Shown here: one piece after another, positions 35,928-49,552 of the stretch
Position numbering within the stretch: position 1 is the first letter of the stretch
How the letters are laid out: the number at the start of each line of letters is the position of its first letter
Source of the DNA: Escherichia coli
GTDB taxonomy: Bacteria; Pseudomonadota; Gammaproteobacteria; Enterobacterales; Enterobacteriaceae
Strand: one strand, 5' to 3'
Assembly: GCF_003334305.1 (NCBI RefSeq)
Contig: NZ_QOWS01000002.1
DNA: 64,000 nt
The notes under the pieces: generated by a model
Seen by the model: only the letters and a program-made list of their open reading frames with translations
What the model was told of the DNA's origin: nothing
Database searches by the model: none
Made by a program: the position numbers and the translations under genes

Positions 35928-38603
35928 TTAAGCGGATTTTTTCGCTTTTTTCTCAGCTTTAGCCGGAGCGGCTTCTTTTTTCGCTGCAGTTTCACCTTCT
36001 ACATAATCACGACCGTAGTAGGTATCCAGCAGGATCTGTTTCAGCTCGGAGATCAGCGGGTAACGCGGGTTAGCGCCGGTGCACTGGTCATCGAACGCAT
36101 CTTCAGACAGTTTATCCACGTTCGCCAGGAAGTCTGCTTCCTGAACGCCAGCTTCACGGATAGATTTCGGAATACCCAGTTCAGCTTTCAGCGTTTCCAG
36201 CCATGCCAGCAGTTTCTCGATCTTAGCAGCAGTACGGTCGCCCGGTGCGCTCAGACCCAGGTGGTCGGCAATTTCAGCATAACGACGGCGAGCCTGCGGA
36301 CGGTCATACTGGCTGAATGCAGTCTGCTTGGTCGGGTTGTCGTTCGCATTGTAGCGAATAACGTTACAAATCAGCAGGGCGTTTGCCAGACCGTGCGGAA
36401 TATGGAACTGGGAACCCAGTTTGTGCGCCATTGAGTGACATACACCCAGGAAGGCGTTCGCAAACGCGATACCCGCGATAGTCGCTGCACTGTGAACACG
36501 TTCACGCGCTACCGGATTTTTAGACCCTTCGTGGTAGGACGCTGGCAGATATTCTTTCAGCAGTTTCAGTGCCTGCAGAGCCTGACCATCAGAGAACTCA
36601 GATGCCAGTACAGAAACATAAGCTTCCATGGCGTGAGTTACTGCGTCCAGACCACCGAAAGCACACAGGGACTTCGGCATGTCCATAACCAGGTTGGCGT
36701 CGACAATCGCCATATCCGGAGTCAGCGCATAGTCTGCCAGCGGATATTTCTGACCAGTAGCGTCGTCAGTTACAACCGCAAACGGAGTGACTTCAGAACC
36801 TGTACCAGAAGTGGTGGTGACAGCGATCATTTTCGCTTTCACGCCCATTTTCGGGAACTTGTAGATACGTTTACGGATATCCATAAAGCGCAGCGCCAGC
36901 TCTTCGAAGTGAGTTTCCGGATGTTCGTACATAACCCACATGATCTTCGCGGCGTCCATCGGGGAACCACCACCCAGCGCGATAATCACGTCTGGTTTGA
37001 AGGAGTTTGCCAGTTCTGCACCTTTACGAACGATGCTCAGGGTCGGGTCCGCTTCTACTTCGAAGAAGACTTCAGTTTCAACGCCTGCTGCTTTCAGTAC
37101 GGAAGTGATCTGATCAGCATAACCATTGTTGAACAGGAAGCGGTCAGTCACGATGAGCGCACGTTTGTGGCCATCAGTAATCACTTCATCCAGCGCGATT
37201 GGCAGGGAGCCACGGCGGAAGTAGATAGATTTCGGAAGTTTGTGCCACAACATGTTTTCAGCTCGCTTAGCAACGGTTTTCTTGTTGATCAGGTGTTTCG
37301 GACCAACGTTTTCAGAGATGGAGTTACCACCCCAAGAACCACAACCCAGAGTCAGGGAAGGTGCGAGTTTGAAGTTATACAGGTCACCGATACCACCCTG
37401 AGACGCTGGGGTGTTAATCAGGATACGAGCCGTTTTCATTTTCTGACCGAAGTAAGAAACGCGAGCCGGTTGGTTATCCTGGTCAGTGTACAGGCAAGAG
37501 GTATGACCGATACCGCCCATAGCAACCAGTTTCTCTGCTTTTTCTACCGCGTCTTCGAAATCTTTAGCGCGGTACATTGCCAGAGTCGGGGACAGTTTTT
37601 CATGTGCGAACGGTTCGCTTTCATCAACAACGGTCACTTCACCGATCAGAATCTTGGTGTTTTCTGGTACAGAGAAGCCTGCCAGTTCAGCAATTTTATA
37701 GGCTGGCTGACCAACGATAGCCGCGTTCAGCGCACCGTTTTTCAGGATAACATCCTGAACAGCTTTCAGCTCTTTACCCTGCAACAGATAGCCGCCGTGG
37801 GTTGCAAAACGTTCACGTACAGCGTCATAAACAGAGTCAACAACAACAACAGACTGTTCAGAAGCACAGATTACGCCGTTGTCGAAGGTTTTGGACATCA
37901 GTACAGATGCAACTGCACGTTTGATATCAGCAGTTTCATCGATAACAACTGGAGTGTTGCCCGCGCCTACACCGATAGCTGGTTTACCGGAGCTGTATGC
38001 GGCTTTAACCATGCCCGGACCACCAGTCGCGAGGATCAGGTTGATGTCTGGGTGGTGCATCAGTGCGTTAGACAGTTCAACAGAAGGTTGATCGATCCAG
38101 CCGATCAGATCTTTCGGAGCACCGGCAGCGATAGCAGCCTGCAGAACGATATCAGCCGCTTTGTTGGTGGCATCTTTTGCACGCGGGTGCGGGGAGAAGA
38201 TAATGGCGTTACGGGTCTTCAGACTGATCAGCGATTTGAAGATAGCAGTTGAAGTCGGGTTAGTGGTCGGAACGATACCGCAAATAATACCGATTGGTTC
38301 AGCGATAGTGATGGTACCAAAAGTGTCGTCTTCAGACAGAACACCACAGGTTTTTTCATCTTTATAGGCGTTGTAGATATATTCAGAAGCAAAGTGGTTT
38401 TTGATCACTTTATCTTCGACGATACCCATGCCGGATTCGGCAACGGCCATTTTCGCGAGTGGGATTCGAGCATCTGCAGCAGCCAGAGCGGCGGCGCGGA
38501 AGATTTTGTCTACTTGCTCTTGAGTGAAACTGGCATATTCACGCTGGGCTTTTTTTACACGCTCTACGAGTGCGTTAAGTTCAGCGACATTAGTAACAGC
38601 CAT
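35928..38603 (-). CDS. adhE: Bifunctional aldehyde/alcohol dehydrogenase
   Basis: Track ORF 891 aa [35 protein letters not shown]... Confidence 0.97.
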
Positions 38604-39079
38604 AATGCTCTCCTGATAATGTTAAACTTTTTTAGTAAATCATCTGCTCGAATACGAGAGTATAGTCAGTGCGGTGATGATTTGCTTAACCTATGAAAAT
38701 CAAAAGCTTACTCGCGCTCACACTCACTGTGATTTACTAAAAGAGTTTAAACATTAGAGTTATTATCTCTAATGCGTCACTTCCAGGTGGCGTAAGCAAG
38801 ATTACTCACTTCTGGGTACTGATTACGTGATCCAAATCAAATTTTTGCAAAGCTGACACCTTTCAGCATCGCTTTTCGCCATTATAGCTAACAGTTAATA
38901 AATTGTAGTATGATTTGGTGGCTACATTAGCATGTTTTGCACAACTAGATAACAATAACGAATGATAGCAATTTTAAGTAGTTAGGAGGTGAAAAATGCT
39001 GTCAAAAGGCGTATTGTCAGCGCGTCTTTTCAACCTTATTTATGGCTAACATTATCCGGCTTTTGCTTCGGAGCTAACC

Positions 39080-39727
39080 GTGATTCAGACCTTTTTTGAT
39101 TTTCCCGTTTACTTCAAATTTTTCATCGGGTTATTTGCGCTGGTCAACCCGGTAGGGATTATTCCCGTCTTTATCAGCATGACCAGTTATCAGACAGCGG
39201 CAGCGCGAAACAAAACTAACCTTACAGCCAACCTGTCTGTGGCCATTATCTTGTGGATCTCGCTTTTTCTCGGCGACACGATTCTGCAACTTTTTGGTAT
39301 ATCAATTGATTCGTTCCGTATCGCCGGGGGCATCCTGGTGGTGACGATAGCGATGTCGATGATCAGCGGCAAGCTTGGCGAGGATAAACAGAACAAGCAA
39401 GAAAAATCAGAAACCGCGGTACGTGAAAGCATTGGTGTGGTGCCATTGGCGTTGCCGTTGATGGCGGGGCCAGGGGCGATCAGTTCTACCATCGTCTGGG
39501 GTACGCGTTATCACAGCATTAGCTATCTGTTTGGTTTCTTTGTGGCTATTGCATTGTTCGCTTTATGTTGCTGGGGATTGTTCCGCATGGCACCGTGGCT
39601 GGTACGGGTTTTACGCCAGACCGGCATCAACGTGATTACGCGTATTATGGGGCTATTGCTGATGGCATTGGGGATTGAATTTATCGTTACTGGTATTAAG
39701 GGGATTTTCCCCGGCCTGCTTAATTAA
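39080..39727 (+). CDS. ychE: MarC-family inner-membrane protein YchE
   Basis: Track ORF 215 aa, polytopic. Confidence 0.88.
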   Translation: MIQTFFDFPVYFKFFIGLFALVNPVGIIPVFISMTSYQTAAARNKTNLTANLSVAIILWISLFLGDTILQLFGISIDSFRIAGGILVVTIAMSMISGKLGEDKQNKQEKSETAVRESIGVVPLALPLMAGPGAISSTIVWGTRYHSISYLFGFFVAIALFALCCWGLFRMAPWLVRVLRQTGINVITRIMGLLLMALGIEFIVTGIKGIFPGLLN

Positions 39728-40464
39728 TTCCTTTCAAATGAAACGGAGCTGCCATGCTCCGTTTACTTCGTCATTATTTTTACTTTGTTCCCGCGCAGTT
39801 ATCAAAAGCAAAAGGAATAGGTAAAAATATTCTTCTCAAATTACAGTTAGTTATAAGGATTTCCTTAACTGCTTCTCCTCACCATCATGTTATTTTCGCC
39901 ACATCATAATCCTGGGCTTGCTGAAGAATAATTGAAATGATATTAGTAATTCCACTGCCTTTGGTAGAGGAAAGTGCTAAATAATAATCAATTGTTAAAT
40001 TATTGTGCATTTCACTACTGGAACTGTAATCAGAAAAGATAGACATGCTTAGCCAATCTCTATTTGATTGAATTGAAAGATGTTTGTTAAGGCATGGATG
40101 CAAGCTATAGATTCTGATACGGTCAATAAAAGAGAATTGCTTAACAATTTTGCAAAATGTATTGGCGAGTAAGAACCGCATTTGGTACTTTCCGGGCAAC
40201 CGCCAGACGATTATTTATTGGTAATGAGAATAATTAACAATTAAAGAGCGTCGCGAAAGAATAATGTGTCTCGACAGGGGAGACACAGTACGAATCGACA
40301 TAAGGTGATCGTCTGAATCACCAGAATAAATAAAGTCGGTGATAGTAATACGTAACGATAAAGTAACCTGACAGCAGAAAGTCTCCGAGCCTGTGCAGGG
40401 TCCCAATCCGGGATTACACATGCTGGTTAATACCAGTAATTATAATGAGGGAGTCCAAAAAACA

Positions 40465-42096
40465 ATGACCAACATCACCAAGAGAAGTTTAGTAGCAGCT
40501 GGCGTTCTGGCTGCGCTAATGGCAGGGAATGTCGCGCTGGCAGCTGATGTACCCGCAGGCGTCACACTGGCGGAAAAACAAACACTGGTACGTAACAATG
40601 GTTCAGAAGTTCAGTCATTAGATCCGCACAAAATTGAAGGTGTTCCGGAGTCTAATATCAGCCGAGACCTGTTTGAAGGCTTACTGGTCAGCGATCTTGA
40701 CGGTCATCCAGCACCTGGCGTCGCTGAATCCTGGGATAATAAAGACGCGAAAGTCTGGACCTTCCATTTGCGTAAAGATGCGAAATGGTCTGATGGCACG
40801 CCAGTCACAGCACAAGACTTTGTGTATAGCTGGCAACGTTCTGTTGATCCGAACACTGCTTCTCCGTATGCCAGTTATCTGCAATATGGGCATATCGCCG
40901 GTATTGATGAAATTCTTGAAGGGAAAAAACCGATTACCGATCTCGGCGTGAAAGCTATTGATGATCACACATTAGAAGTCACCTTAAGTGAACCCGTTCC
41001 GTACTTCTATAAATTACTTGTTCACCCATCAACTTCACCGGTGCCAAAAGCCGCTATCGAGAAATTCGGCGAAAAATGGACCCAGCCTGGTAATATCGTC
41101 ACCAACGGTGCCTATACCTTAAAAGATTGGGTCGTAAACGAACGAATCGTTCTTGAACGCAGCCCGACCTACTGGAACAACGCGAAAACCGTTATTAACC
41201 AGGTAACCTATTTGCCTATTGCTTCTGAAGTTACCGATGTCAACCGCTACCGTAGTGGTGAAATCGACATGACTTATAACAACATGCCGATCGAATTGTT
41301 CCAGAAGCTGAAAAAAGAGATCCCGGACGAAGTTCACGTTGATCCATACCTGTGCACTTACTATTACGAAATTAACAACCAGAAACCGCCATTCAACGAT
41401 GTGCGTGTGCGTACCGCACTGAAACTAGGTATGGACCGCGATATCATTGTTAATAAAGTGAAAGCGCAGGGCGACATGCCCGCCTATGGTTACACTCCAC
41501 CGTATACTGATGGCGCAAAATTGACTCAGCCGGAATGGTTTGGTTGGAGCCAGGAAAAACGTAACGAAGAAGCGAAAAAACTGCTGGCTGAAGCGGGTTA
41601 TACCGCAGACAAACCGTTGACCATCAACCTGTTGTATAACACCTCCGATCTGCATAAAAAGCTGGCGATTGCTGCCTCTTCATTGTGGAAGAAAAACATT
41701 GGTGTAAACGTCAAACTGGTTAACCAGGAGTGGAAAACGTTCCTCGACACCCGTCACCAGGGTACTTTTGATGTGGCCCGTGCAGGCTGGTGTGCTGACT
41801 ACAACGAACCAACTTCCTTCCTGAACACCATGCTTTCGAACAGCTCGATGAATACCGCGCATTATAAGAGCCCGGCCTTTGACAGCATTATGGCGGAAAC
41901 GCTGAAAGTGACTGACGAGGCGCAGCGCACAGCTCTGTACACTAAAGCAGAACAACAGCTGGATAAGGATTCGGCCATTGTTCCTGTTTATTACTACGTG
42001 AATGCGCGTCTGGTGAAACCGTGGGTTGGTGGCTATACCGGCAAAGATCCGCTGGATAATACCTATACCCGGAATATGTACATTGTGAAGCACTAA
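40465..42096 (+). CDS. oppA: Periplasmic oligopeptide-binding protein OppA
   Basis: Track ORF trimmed to ATG at 40465 giving MTNITKRSLVAAGVLAALMAGNVALA..., 543 aa with signal peptide. Confidence 0.95.
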   Translation: MTNITKRSLVAAGVLAALMAGNVALAADVPAGVTLAEKQTLVRNNGSEVQSLDPHKIEGVPESNISRDLFEGLLVSDLDGHPAPGVAESWDNKDAKVWTFHLRKDAKWSDGTPVTAQDFVYSWQRSVDPNTASPYASYLQYGHIAGIDEILEGKKPITDLGVKAIDDHTLEVTLSEPVPYFYKLLVHPSTSPVPKAAIEKFGEKWTQPGNIVTNGAYTLKDWVVNERIVLERSPTYWNNAKTVINQVTYLPIASEVTDVNRYRSGEIDMTYNNMPIELFQKLKKEIPDEVHVDPYLCTYYYEINNQKPPFNDVRVRTALKLGMDRDIIVNKVKAQGDMPAYGYTPPYTDGAKLTQPEWFGWSQEKRNEEAKKLLAEAGYTADKPLTINLLYNTSDLHKKLAIAASSLWKKNIGVNVKLVNQEWKTFLDTRHQGTFDVARAGWCADYNEPTSFLNTMLSNSSMNTAHYKSPAFDSIMAETLKVTDEAQRTALYTKAEQQLDKDSAIVPVYYYVNARLVKPWVGGYTGKDPLDNTYTRNMYIVKH

Positions 42097-42181
42097 TGGC
42101 AATACGTGGGGCAGGAGTGTCCTGCTCCACGGTGTCTGATTTTTATCGCATTACAGAAGGCACAGGCCAGAAGGTAGGGCA

Positions 42182-43102
42182 ATGTTAAAATTTATTCTAC
42201 GTCGCTGTCTGGAAGCGATTCCGACGCTATTTATTCTTATTACTATTTCGTTCTTTATGATGCGCCTCGCGCCGGGAAGCCCTTTTACCGGCGAACGTAC
42301 TTTACCGCCAGAAGTGATGGCCAATATCGAAGCGAAATATCATCTTAATGATCCGATCATGACACAGTATTTCAGCTACCTGAAACAACTGGCGCACGGT
42401 GATTTCGGTCCATCGTTTAAATATAAAGATTATTCGGTCAATGACTTGGTTGCATCCAGTTTTCCCGTTTCTGCCAAACTGGGAGCCGCAGCATTTTTCC
42501 TTGCGGTAATACTGGGTGTTAGTGCTGGCGTTATTGCCGCATTAAAACAAAACACCAAATGGGACTATACCGTGATGGGGCTGGCAATGACCGGGGTTGT
42601 TATCCCCAGTTTTGTGGTTGCACCATTATTAGTCATGATATTTGCGATCATTTTGCATTGGCTGCCGGGCGGTGGCTGGAATGGTGGGGCGCTTAAATTC
42701 ATGATATTGCCGATGGTGGCGTTGTCACTCGCTTATATCGCCAGTATTGCGCGTATTACCCGTGGCTCTATGATTGAAGTATTACACTCCAATTTTATTC
42801 GTACTGCCCGGGCGAAAGGGTTACCTATGCGGCGGATCATTTTACGTCACGCATTAAAACCTGCTCTGTTACCCGTGCTCTCTTATATGGGCCCCGCATT
42901 TGTCGGCATTATTACCGGTTCTATGGTTATCGAAACCATTTATGGTTTGCCGGGGATTGGACAACTGTTCGTTAATGGCGCATTGAACCGTGACTATTCC
43001 TTAGTGTTAAGCCTGACCATCCTGGTTGGTGCTTTAACCATTTTGTTTAATGCCATTGTCGATGTGCTATATGCGGTTATCGACCCGAAAATCCGTTACT
43101 GA
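42182..43102 (+). CDS. oppB: Oligopeptide ABC transporter permease OppB
   Basis: Track ORF 306 aa. Confidence 0.95.
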   Translation: MLKFILRRCLEAIPTLFILITISFFMMRLAPGSPFTGERTLPPEVMANIEAKYHLNDPIMTQYFSYLKQLAHGDFGPSFKYKDYSVNDLVASSFPVSAKLGAAAFFLAVILGVSAGVIAALKQNTKWDYTVMGLAMTGVVIPSFVVAPLLVMIFAIILHWLPGGGWNGGALKFMILPMVALSLAYIASIARITRGSMIEVLHSNFIRTARAKGLPMRRIILRHALKPALLPVLSYMGPAFVGIITGSMVIETIYGLPGIGQLFVNGALNRDYSLVLSLTILVGALTILFNAIVDVLYAVIDPKIRY

Positions 43103-43116
43103 TACTGGAGCTCGCG

Positions 43117-44025
43117 ATGATGTTAAGTAAGAAAAACAGCGAGACGCTGGAAAATTTCAGTGAAAAGCTGGAGGTCGAAGGGCGCAGCTTGTGGCAGGAC
43201 GCACGTCGACGTTTTATGCATAACCGTGCGGCGGTTGCCAGTCTGATAGTGCTGGTGCTGATCGCGTTATTTGTAATCCTGGCACCGATGCTTTCCCAGT
43301 TTGCCTATGACGATACTGACTGGGCGATGATGTCCAGCGCCCCGGATATGGAGTCCGGTCACTACTTTGGTACTGACTCATCCGGTCGCGACCTGCTTGT
43401 GCGCGTTGCGATTGGCGGGCGTATCTCACTCATGGTCGGTGTTGCTGCGGCACTGGTGGCTGTGGTCGTCGGGACACTTTATGGTTCGCTTTCCGGTTAT
43501 CTGGGCGGTAAAGTGGATTCGGTAATGATGCGTCTGCTGGAAATCCTCAACTCCTTCCCATTCATGTTCTTCGTCATTTTGCTGGTGACCTTTTTCGGTC
43601 AAAACATCCTGCTGATTTTCGTGGCGATTGGCATGGTTTCCTGGCTGGATATGGCTCGTATTGTGCGTGGGCAAACCCTGAGTCTGAAGCGCAAAGAGTT
43701 TATTGAGGCGGCACAAGTTGGCGGTGTATCGACATCGGGCATTGTTATTCGCCACATTGTGCCGAATGTACTCGGTGTGGTGGTGGTCTACGCATCACTT
43801 CTGGTGCCCAGCATGATCCTCTTTGAATCTTTCCTTAGCTTCCTGGGGTTGGGTACGCAAGAGCCGTTAAGCAGCTGGGGTGCATTGCTGAGTGATGGCG
43901 CGAACTCGATGGAAGTCTCTCCATGCTTATTGTTGTTCCCAGCGGGATTCCTCGTGGTGACGCTGTTTTGTTTCAACTTTATCGGCGATGGCTTGCGTGA
44001 TGCCCTCGACCCGAAAGATCGTTAA
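43117..44025 (+). CDS. oppC: Oligopeptide ABC transporter permease OppC
   Basis: Track ORF 302 aa. Confidence 0.95.
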   Translation: MMLSKKNSETLENFSEKLEVEGRSLWQDARRRFMHNRAAVASLIVLVLIALFVILAPMLSQFAYDDTDWAMMSSAPDMESGHYFGTDSSGRDLLVRVAIGGRISLMVGVAAALVAVVVGTLYGSLSGYLGGKVDSVMMRLLEILNSFPFMFFVILLVTFFGQNILLIFVAIGMVSWLDMARIVRGQTLSLKRKEFIEAAQVGGVSTSGIVIRHIVPNVLGVVVVYASLLVPSMILFESFLSFLGLGTQEPLSSWGALLSDGANSMEVSPCLLLFPAGFLVVTLFCFNFIGDGLRDALDPKDR

Positions 44026-44036
44026 GGAGTGCAGCC

Positions 44037-45050
44037 ATGAGCGTAATTGAAACTGCAACTGTGCCGCTCGCACAACAACAGGCTGACGCACTGCTGAACG
44101 TGAAAGATTTGCGTGTCACCTTTAGTACCCCGGACGGCGACGTCACGGCGGTCAATGATTTGAATTTTTCCCTACGTGCCGGAGAAACGCTGGGTATTGT
44201 AGGTGAGTCTGGTTCGGGTAAATCGCAAACTGCATTTGCGTTGATGGGCCTGTTGGCTGCCAACGGACGTATTGGCGGATCGGCAACCTTCAATGGGCGT
44301 GAAATCCTCAATTTGCCAGAGCATGAACTCAATAAACTGCGCGCTGAACAAATCTCAATGATTTTTCAGGACCCAATGACTTCGTTGAATCCCTATATGC
44401 GCGTCGGTGAGCAGTTAATGGAAGTGCTGATGCTGCATAAGAACATGAGCAAAGCTGAGGCGTTTGAAGAGTCGGTGCGGATGCTCGATGCGGTAAAAAT
44501 GCCGGAAGCGCGTAAACGCATGAAAATGTACCCGCACGAATTTTCTGGCGGCATGCGTCAGCGAGTCATGATTGCGATGGCATTGCTATGTCGACCTAAG
44601 CTACTGATTGCGGATGAACCCACTACTGCGCTGGACGTCACCGTACAGGCGCAGATCATGACGCTATTAAATGAACTGAAGCGGGAATTTAATACCGCCA
44701 TCATTATGATCACCCACGATCTTGGCGTGGTGGCGGGGATCTGCGACAAAGTGCTGGTAATGTACGCCGGGCGCACGATGGAATATGGCAATGCGCGCGA
44801 TGTCTTTTATCAACCCGTTCATCCTTATTCTATCGGTTTGCTCAACGCGGTGCCGCGTCTTGATGCGGAAGGTGAAACAATGTTGACCATCCCGGGTAAT
44901 CCGCCAAACTTGCTGCGATTACCGAAAGGTTGCCCGTTCCAGCCACGTTGTCCACATGCGATGGAAATTTGTAGTAGCGCACCGCCGCTGGAAGAGTTTA
45001 CGCCTGGCCGTCTGCGTGCTTGCTTTAAACCGGTGGAGGAACTGTTATGA
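44037..45050 (+). CDS. oppD: Oligopeptide ABC transporter ATPase OppD
   Basis: Track ORF 337 aa, Walker A GESGSGKS and ABC signature. Confidence 0.95.
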   Translation: MSVIETATVPLAQQQADALLNVKDLRVTFSTPDGDVTAVNDLNFSLRAGETLGIVGESGSGKSQTAFALMGLLAANGRIGGSATFNGREILNLPEHELNKLRAEQISMIFQDPMTSLNPYMRVGEQLMEVLMLHKNMSKAEAFEESVRMLDAVKMPEARKRMKMYPHEFSGGMRQRVMIAMALLCRPKLLIADEPTTALDVTVQAQIMTLLNELKREFNTAIIMITHDLGVVAGICDKVLVMYAGRTMEYGNARDVFYQPVHPYSIGLLNAVPRLDAEGETMLTIPGNPPNLLRLPKGCPFQPRCPHAMEICSSAPPLEEFTPGRLRACFKPVEELL

Positions 45051-46051
45051 ATGCTGTAACTGAAGGAAGAAAAGTCCTCCTTGAAATCGCCGATCTTAAA
45101 GTGCACTTTGAAATCAAAGATGGCAAACAGTGGTTCTGGCAACCGCCGAAAACGCTCAAAGCCGTCGATGGTGTCACTCTTCGCCTGTATGAAGGGGAAA
45201 CATTAGGTGTGGTAGGGGAATCGGGATGCGGTAAGTCCACCTTTGCTCGCGCCATCATCGGTTTGGTCAAGGCGACCGACGGTCATGTTGCCTGGTTAGG
45301 TAAAGAGTTGCTGGGCATGAAGCCCGATGAATGGCGTGCCGTTCGCAGTGATATTCAGATGATTTTCCAGGATCCGTTGGCATCGCTAAACCCGCGTATG
45401 ACCATCGGCGAGATCATCGCTGAACCACTGCGTACTTATCATCCGAAAATGTCACGCCAGGAAGTTCGCGAGCGCGTGAAGGCGATGATGCTGAAAGTCG
45501 GGTTATTGCCTAACCTGATTAACCGCTATCCGCATGAGTTCTCCGGTGGGCAGTGCCAGCGTATCGGGATTGCTCGTGCTCTTATTCTTGAACCGAAGCT
45601 GATTATCTGCGATGAGCCGGTTTCGGCGCTGGACGTGTCAATTCAGGCGCAGGTGGTCAACCTGCTCCAGCAGCTGCAACGTGAGATGGGATTGTCATTA
45701 ATTTTTATCGCTCATGACCTGGCCGTGGTAAAACACATTTCCGATCGTGTGTTGGTGATGTATCTCGGCCATGCGGTAGAACTGGGGACCTATGATGAGG
45801 TCTACCACAATCCACTACATCCTTACACCAGGGCATTGATGTCGGCAGTCCCCATACCTGATCCGGATCTGGAGAAGAACAAAACCATCCAGTTACTGGA
45901 AGGGGAATTACCGTCGCCGATCAACCCGCCTTCCGGTTGTGTTTTCCGTACCCGTTGCCCGATTGCCGGTCCGGAGTGCGCCAAAACACGTCCTGTTCTG
46001 GAGGGGAGTTTCAGACACGCCGTTTCTTGCCTGAAAGTCGATCCGCTTTAA
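45047..46051 (+). CDS. oppF: Oligopeptide ABC transporter ATPase OppF
   Basis: Track ORF 334 aa, Walker A GESGCGKS; overlaps oppD stop. Confidence 0.95.
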   Translation: MNAVTEGRKVLLEIADLKVHFEIKDGKQWFWQPPKTLKAVDGVTLRLYEGETLGVVGESGCGKSTFARAIIGLVKATDGHVAWLGKELLGMKPDEWRAVRSDIQMIFQDPLASLNPRMTIGEIIAEPLRTYHPKMSRQEVRERVKAMMLKVGLLPNLINRYPHEFSGGQCQRIGIARALILEPKLIICDEPVSALDVSIQAQVVNLLQQLQREMGLSLIFIAHDLAVVKHISDRVLVMYLGHAVELGTYDEVYHNPLHPYTRALMSAVPIPDPDLEKNKTIQLLEGELPSPINPPSGCVFRTRCPIAGPECAKTRPVLEGSFRHAVSCLKVDPL

Positions 46052-46060
46052 ACACAATAA

Positions 46061-46086
46061 GGGCTGACAGTTGTCAGCCCTTTTTC
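46061..46086. terminator. Hairpin terminator between convergent oppF and yciU
   Basis: gggctgacagttgtcagccc followed by a T-run. Confidence 0.55.
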
Positions 46087-46103
46087 ACGCCGAAAGCGAT
46101 TAT

Positions 46104-47928
<1,825 letters not shown>

Positions 47929-48070
47929 AGATTAGAAATCCTTTTGAAAGCGCATTGTTATGAGTTTACGCATATGGATTCATCTGGCAAATAAAAACGC
48001 GGGAAAAGCACTGGTCAGCGTCGGGGGCGGGGGTATAATGACCATTCTGTTATTGCATAGAGTAGTTAAC

Positions 48071-48244
48071 ATGAAGCGGAGTAGAACGGAAGTGGGGCGC
48101 TGGCGCATGCAGCGTCAGGCTAGCCGACGTAAATCGCGTTGGCTTGAGGGGCAATCGCGCCGAAATATGCGTATCCACAGCATCAGGAAGTGCATTCTAA
48201 ACAAACAGCGTAACTCGTTATTGTTTGCGATCTACAATATCTAA
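48071..48244 (+). CDS. yciY: Small basic protein YciY
   Basis: Internal ATG of track ORF giving MKRSRTEVGRWRMQRQASRRKSRWLEG..., 57 aa; matches my recollection of the annotated small protein between cls and kch. Confidence 0.55.
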   Translation: MKRSRTEVGRWRMQRQASRRKSRWLEGQSRRNMRIHSIRKCILNKQRNSLLFAIYNI

Positions 48245-48298
48245 ATGTACTGGGCACCATTGCGGTGCCCAATAAGTTTACTCTTTCGTCTTTAAACT

Positions 48299-49552
48299 CT
48301 ATTTTTGCACCGATTCTTTACTGTCAGCTTTCGTTTCTTGTTCATCGTTATCGCTGAAAATACCATGACCTGAGTTCAACAACATTGAAACGAGCATATC
48401 ATTATTAATCTCTTCACCGTTTAAAACTCGCGCCAGAATTTCGCTGCCAAACAGTTGCGGTGAGAGAATGATATCCGGATGTACCATCTTAATCTTATTC
48501 AGGTTTTTGCTATCACTGACGGCGAGAACTGTTTTGACATCACTGCTCATATCTTTTGCCGAGAGTACAACAAACGCGTTATCTGCATCGTTATCACTCA
48601 GCGCCAGAATGGCCCGGCATCGATCGATTCCCGCTTTCTTTAATACTGAACTGTCATTACTGTCACCGGGGATAACATCAGCGTTATCGCCTAAGCGTTG
48701 CTCAAGTTGCTTGATATCATCTTCAGGCAAGTTGCTGATAACCGTTACGTTTTGTCCGCGTTGATTCAGTTGCAGGATCGTATTGATGGCGAGAATCGAA
48801 TGTCCGCAAACAATAAAATGATCTTTACGATGCATTGTATGATTGTTTCCTTTTACAAGTTTGTTGAATCCCCCGCGGATAAGCGGACCAAAAATTGAGG
48901 TCATAGATGTGGCAAAAACGGTAATGCCGGAAATAATGACCGAAATAGTGAACAATCGTGCTGATTCAGAAACAGGGACAATATCTCCATAGCCGACGGT
49001 TGACATGGTTTCTATCGAAAAATAGAACGCGGTCATCAAACTTTCTATTCGCGGATTAAAACCTTCGCTTAAATAAAGCGCACCGTAGGTTGAGTAAAAC
49101 AGTAATGTCGTGAAACTAATAAATGCAAAAATTGTCCCGGCTGCGGCGCTACTGTGGGAGAAGTCTTTGCGCAGTATCAGCAAAAACACCAGCGTAAAAA
49201 TGCAAAATCCAATACTAAATTTCAGCCAGGGATAAAAATGCAGGGTGTAAATTAGCGCTATCAACAACAAAATGATACTGATTGCCCATGCGAGCTTTGC
49301 CCGGAACAGTAAGCCAATGGAGTTCAGGACAAGAAAGACGCCGAGCATAAATAGTGGGGCGTTTGCCAGCAAGGAGAGATCCAACTCTGAAAATGCTTTG
49401 ATATGGAAAATATCAAGCAAATTGACCGACATACCATAGATTGTTTTAAAAATAAGCAATCCATTTAAAAAGACGGCCAGCGCGAGAATGTCGTGCCGTA
49501 GGGTCACCCATAAATTTGTTGCTGTTTGTTTGAATGTAGCCCAGTGACTCAC
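48299..49552 (-). CDS. kch: Voltage-gated potassium channel Kch
   Basis: Track ORF trimmed to GTG giving (M)SHWATFKQTATNLW..., 417 aa; selectivity filter TVGYGD and RCK/TrkA region. Confidence 0.9.
   Translation of the reverse strand: MSHWATFKQTATNLWVTLRHDILALAVFLNGLLIFKTIYGMSVNLLDIFHIKAFSELDLSLLANAPLFMLGVFLVLNSIGLLFRAKLAWAISIILLLIALIYTLHFYPWLKFSIGFCIFTLVFLLILRKDFSHSSAAAGTIFAFISFTTLLFYSTYGALYLSEGFNPRIESLMTAFYFSIETMSTVGYGDIVPVSESARLFTISVIISGITVFATSMTSIFGPLIRGGFNKLVKGNNHTMHRKDHFIVCGHSILAINTILQLNQRGQNVTVISNLPEDDIKQLEQRLGDNADVIPGDSNDSSVLKKAGIDRCRAILALSDNDADNAFVVLSAKDMSSDVKTVLAVSDSKNLNKIKMVHPDIILSPQLFGSEILARVLNGEEINNDMLVSMLLNSGHGIFSDNDEQETKADSKESVQK

Noticed and set aside
36435-38252. 605-aa plus-strand ORF lying entirely inside adhE on the opposite strand
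   Set aside because: Antisense to a highly expressed, strongly codon-biased gene; no recognisable motifs and low-complexity composition. Typical shadow ORF.
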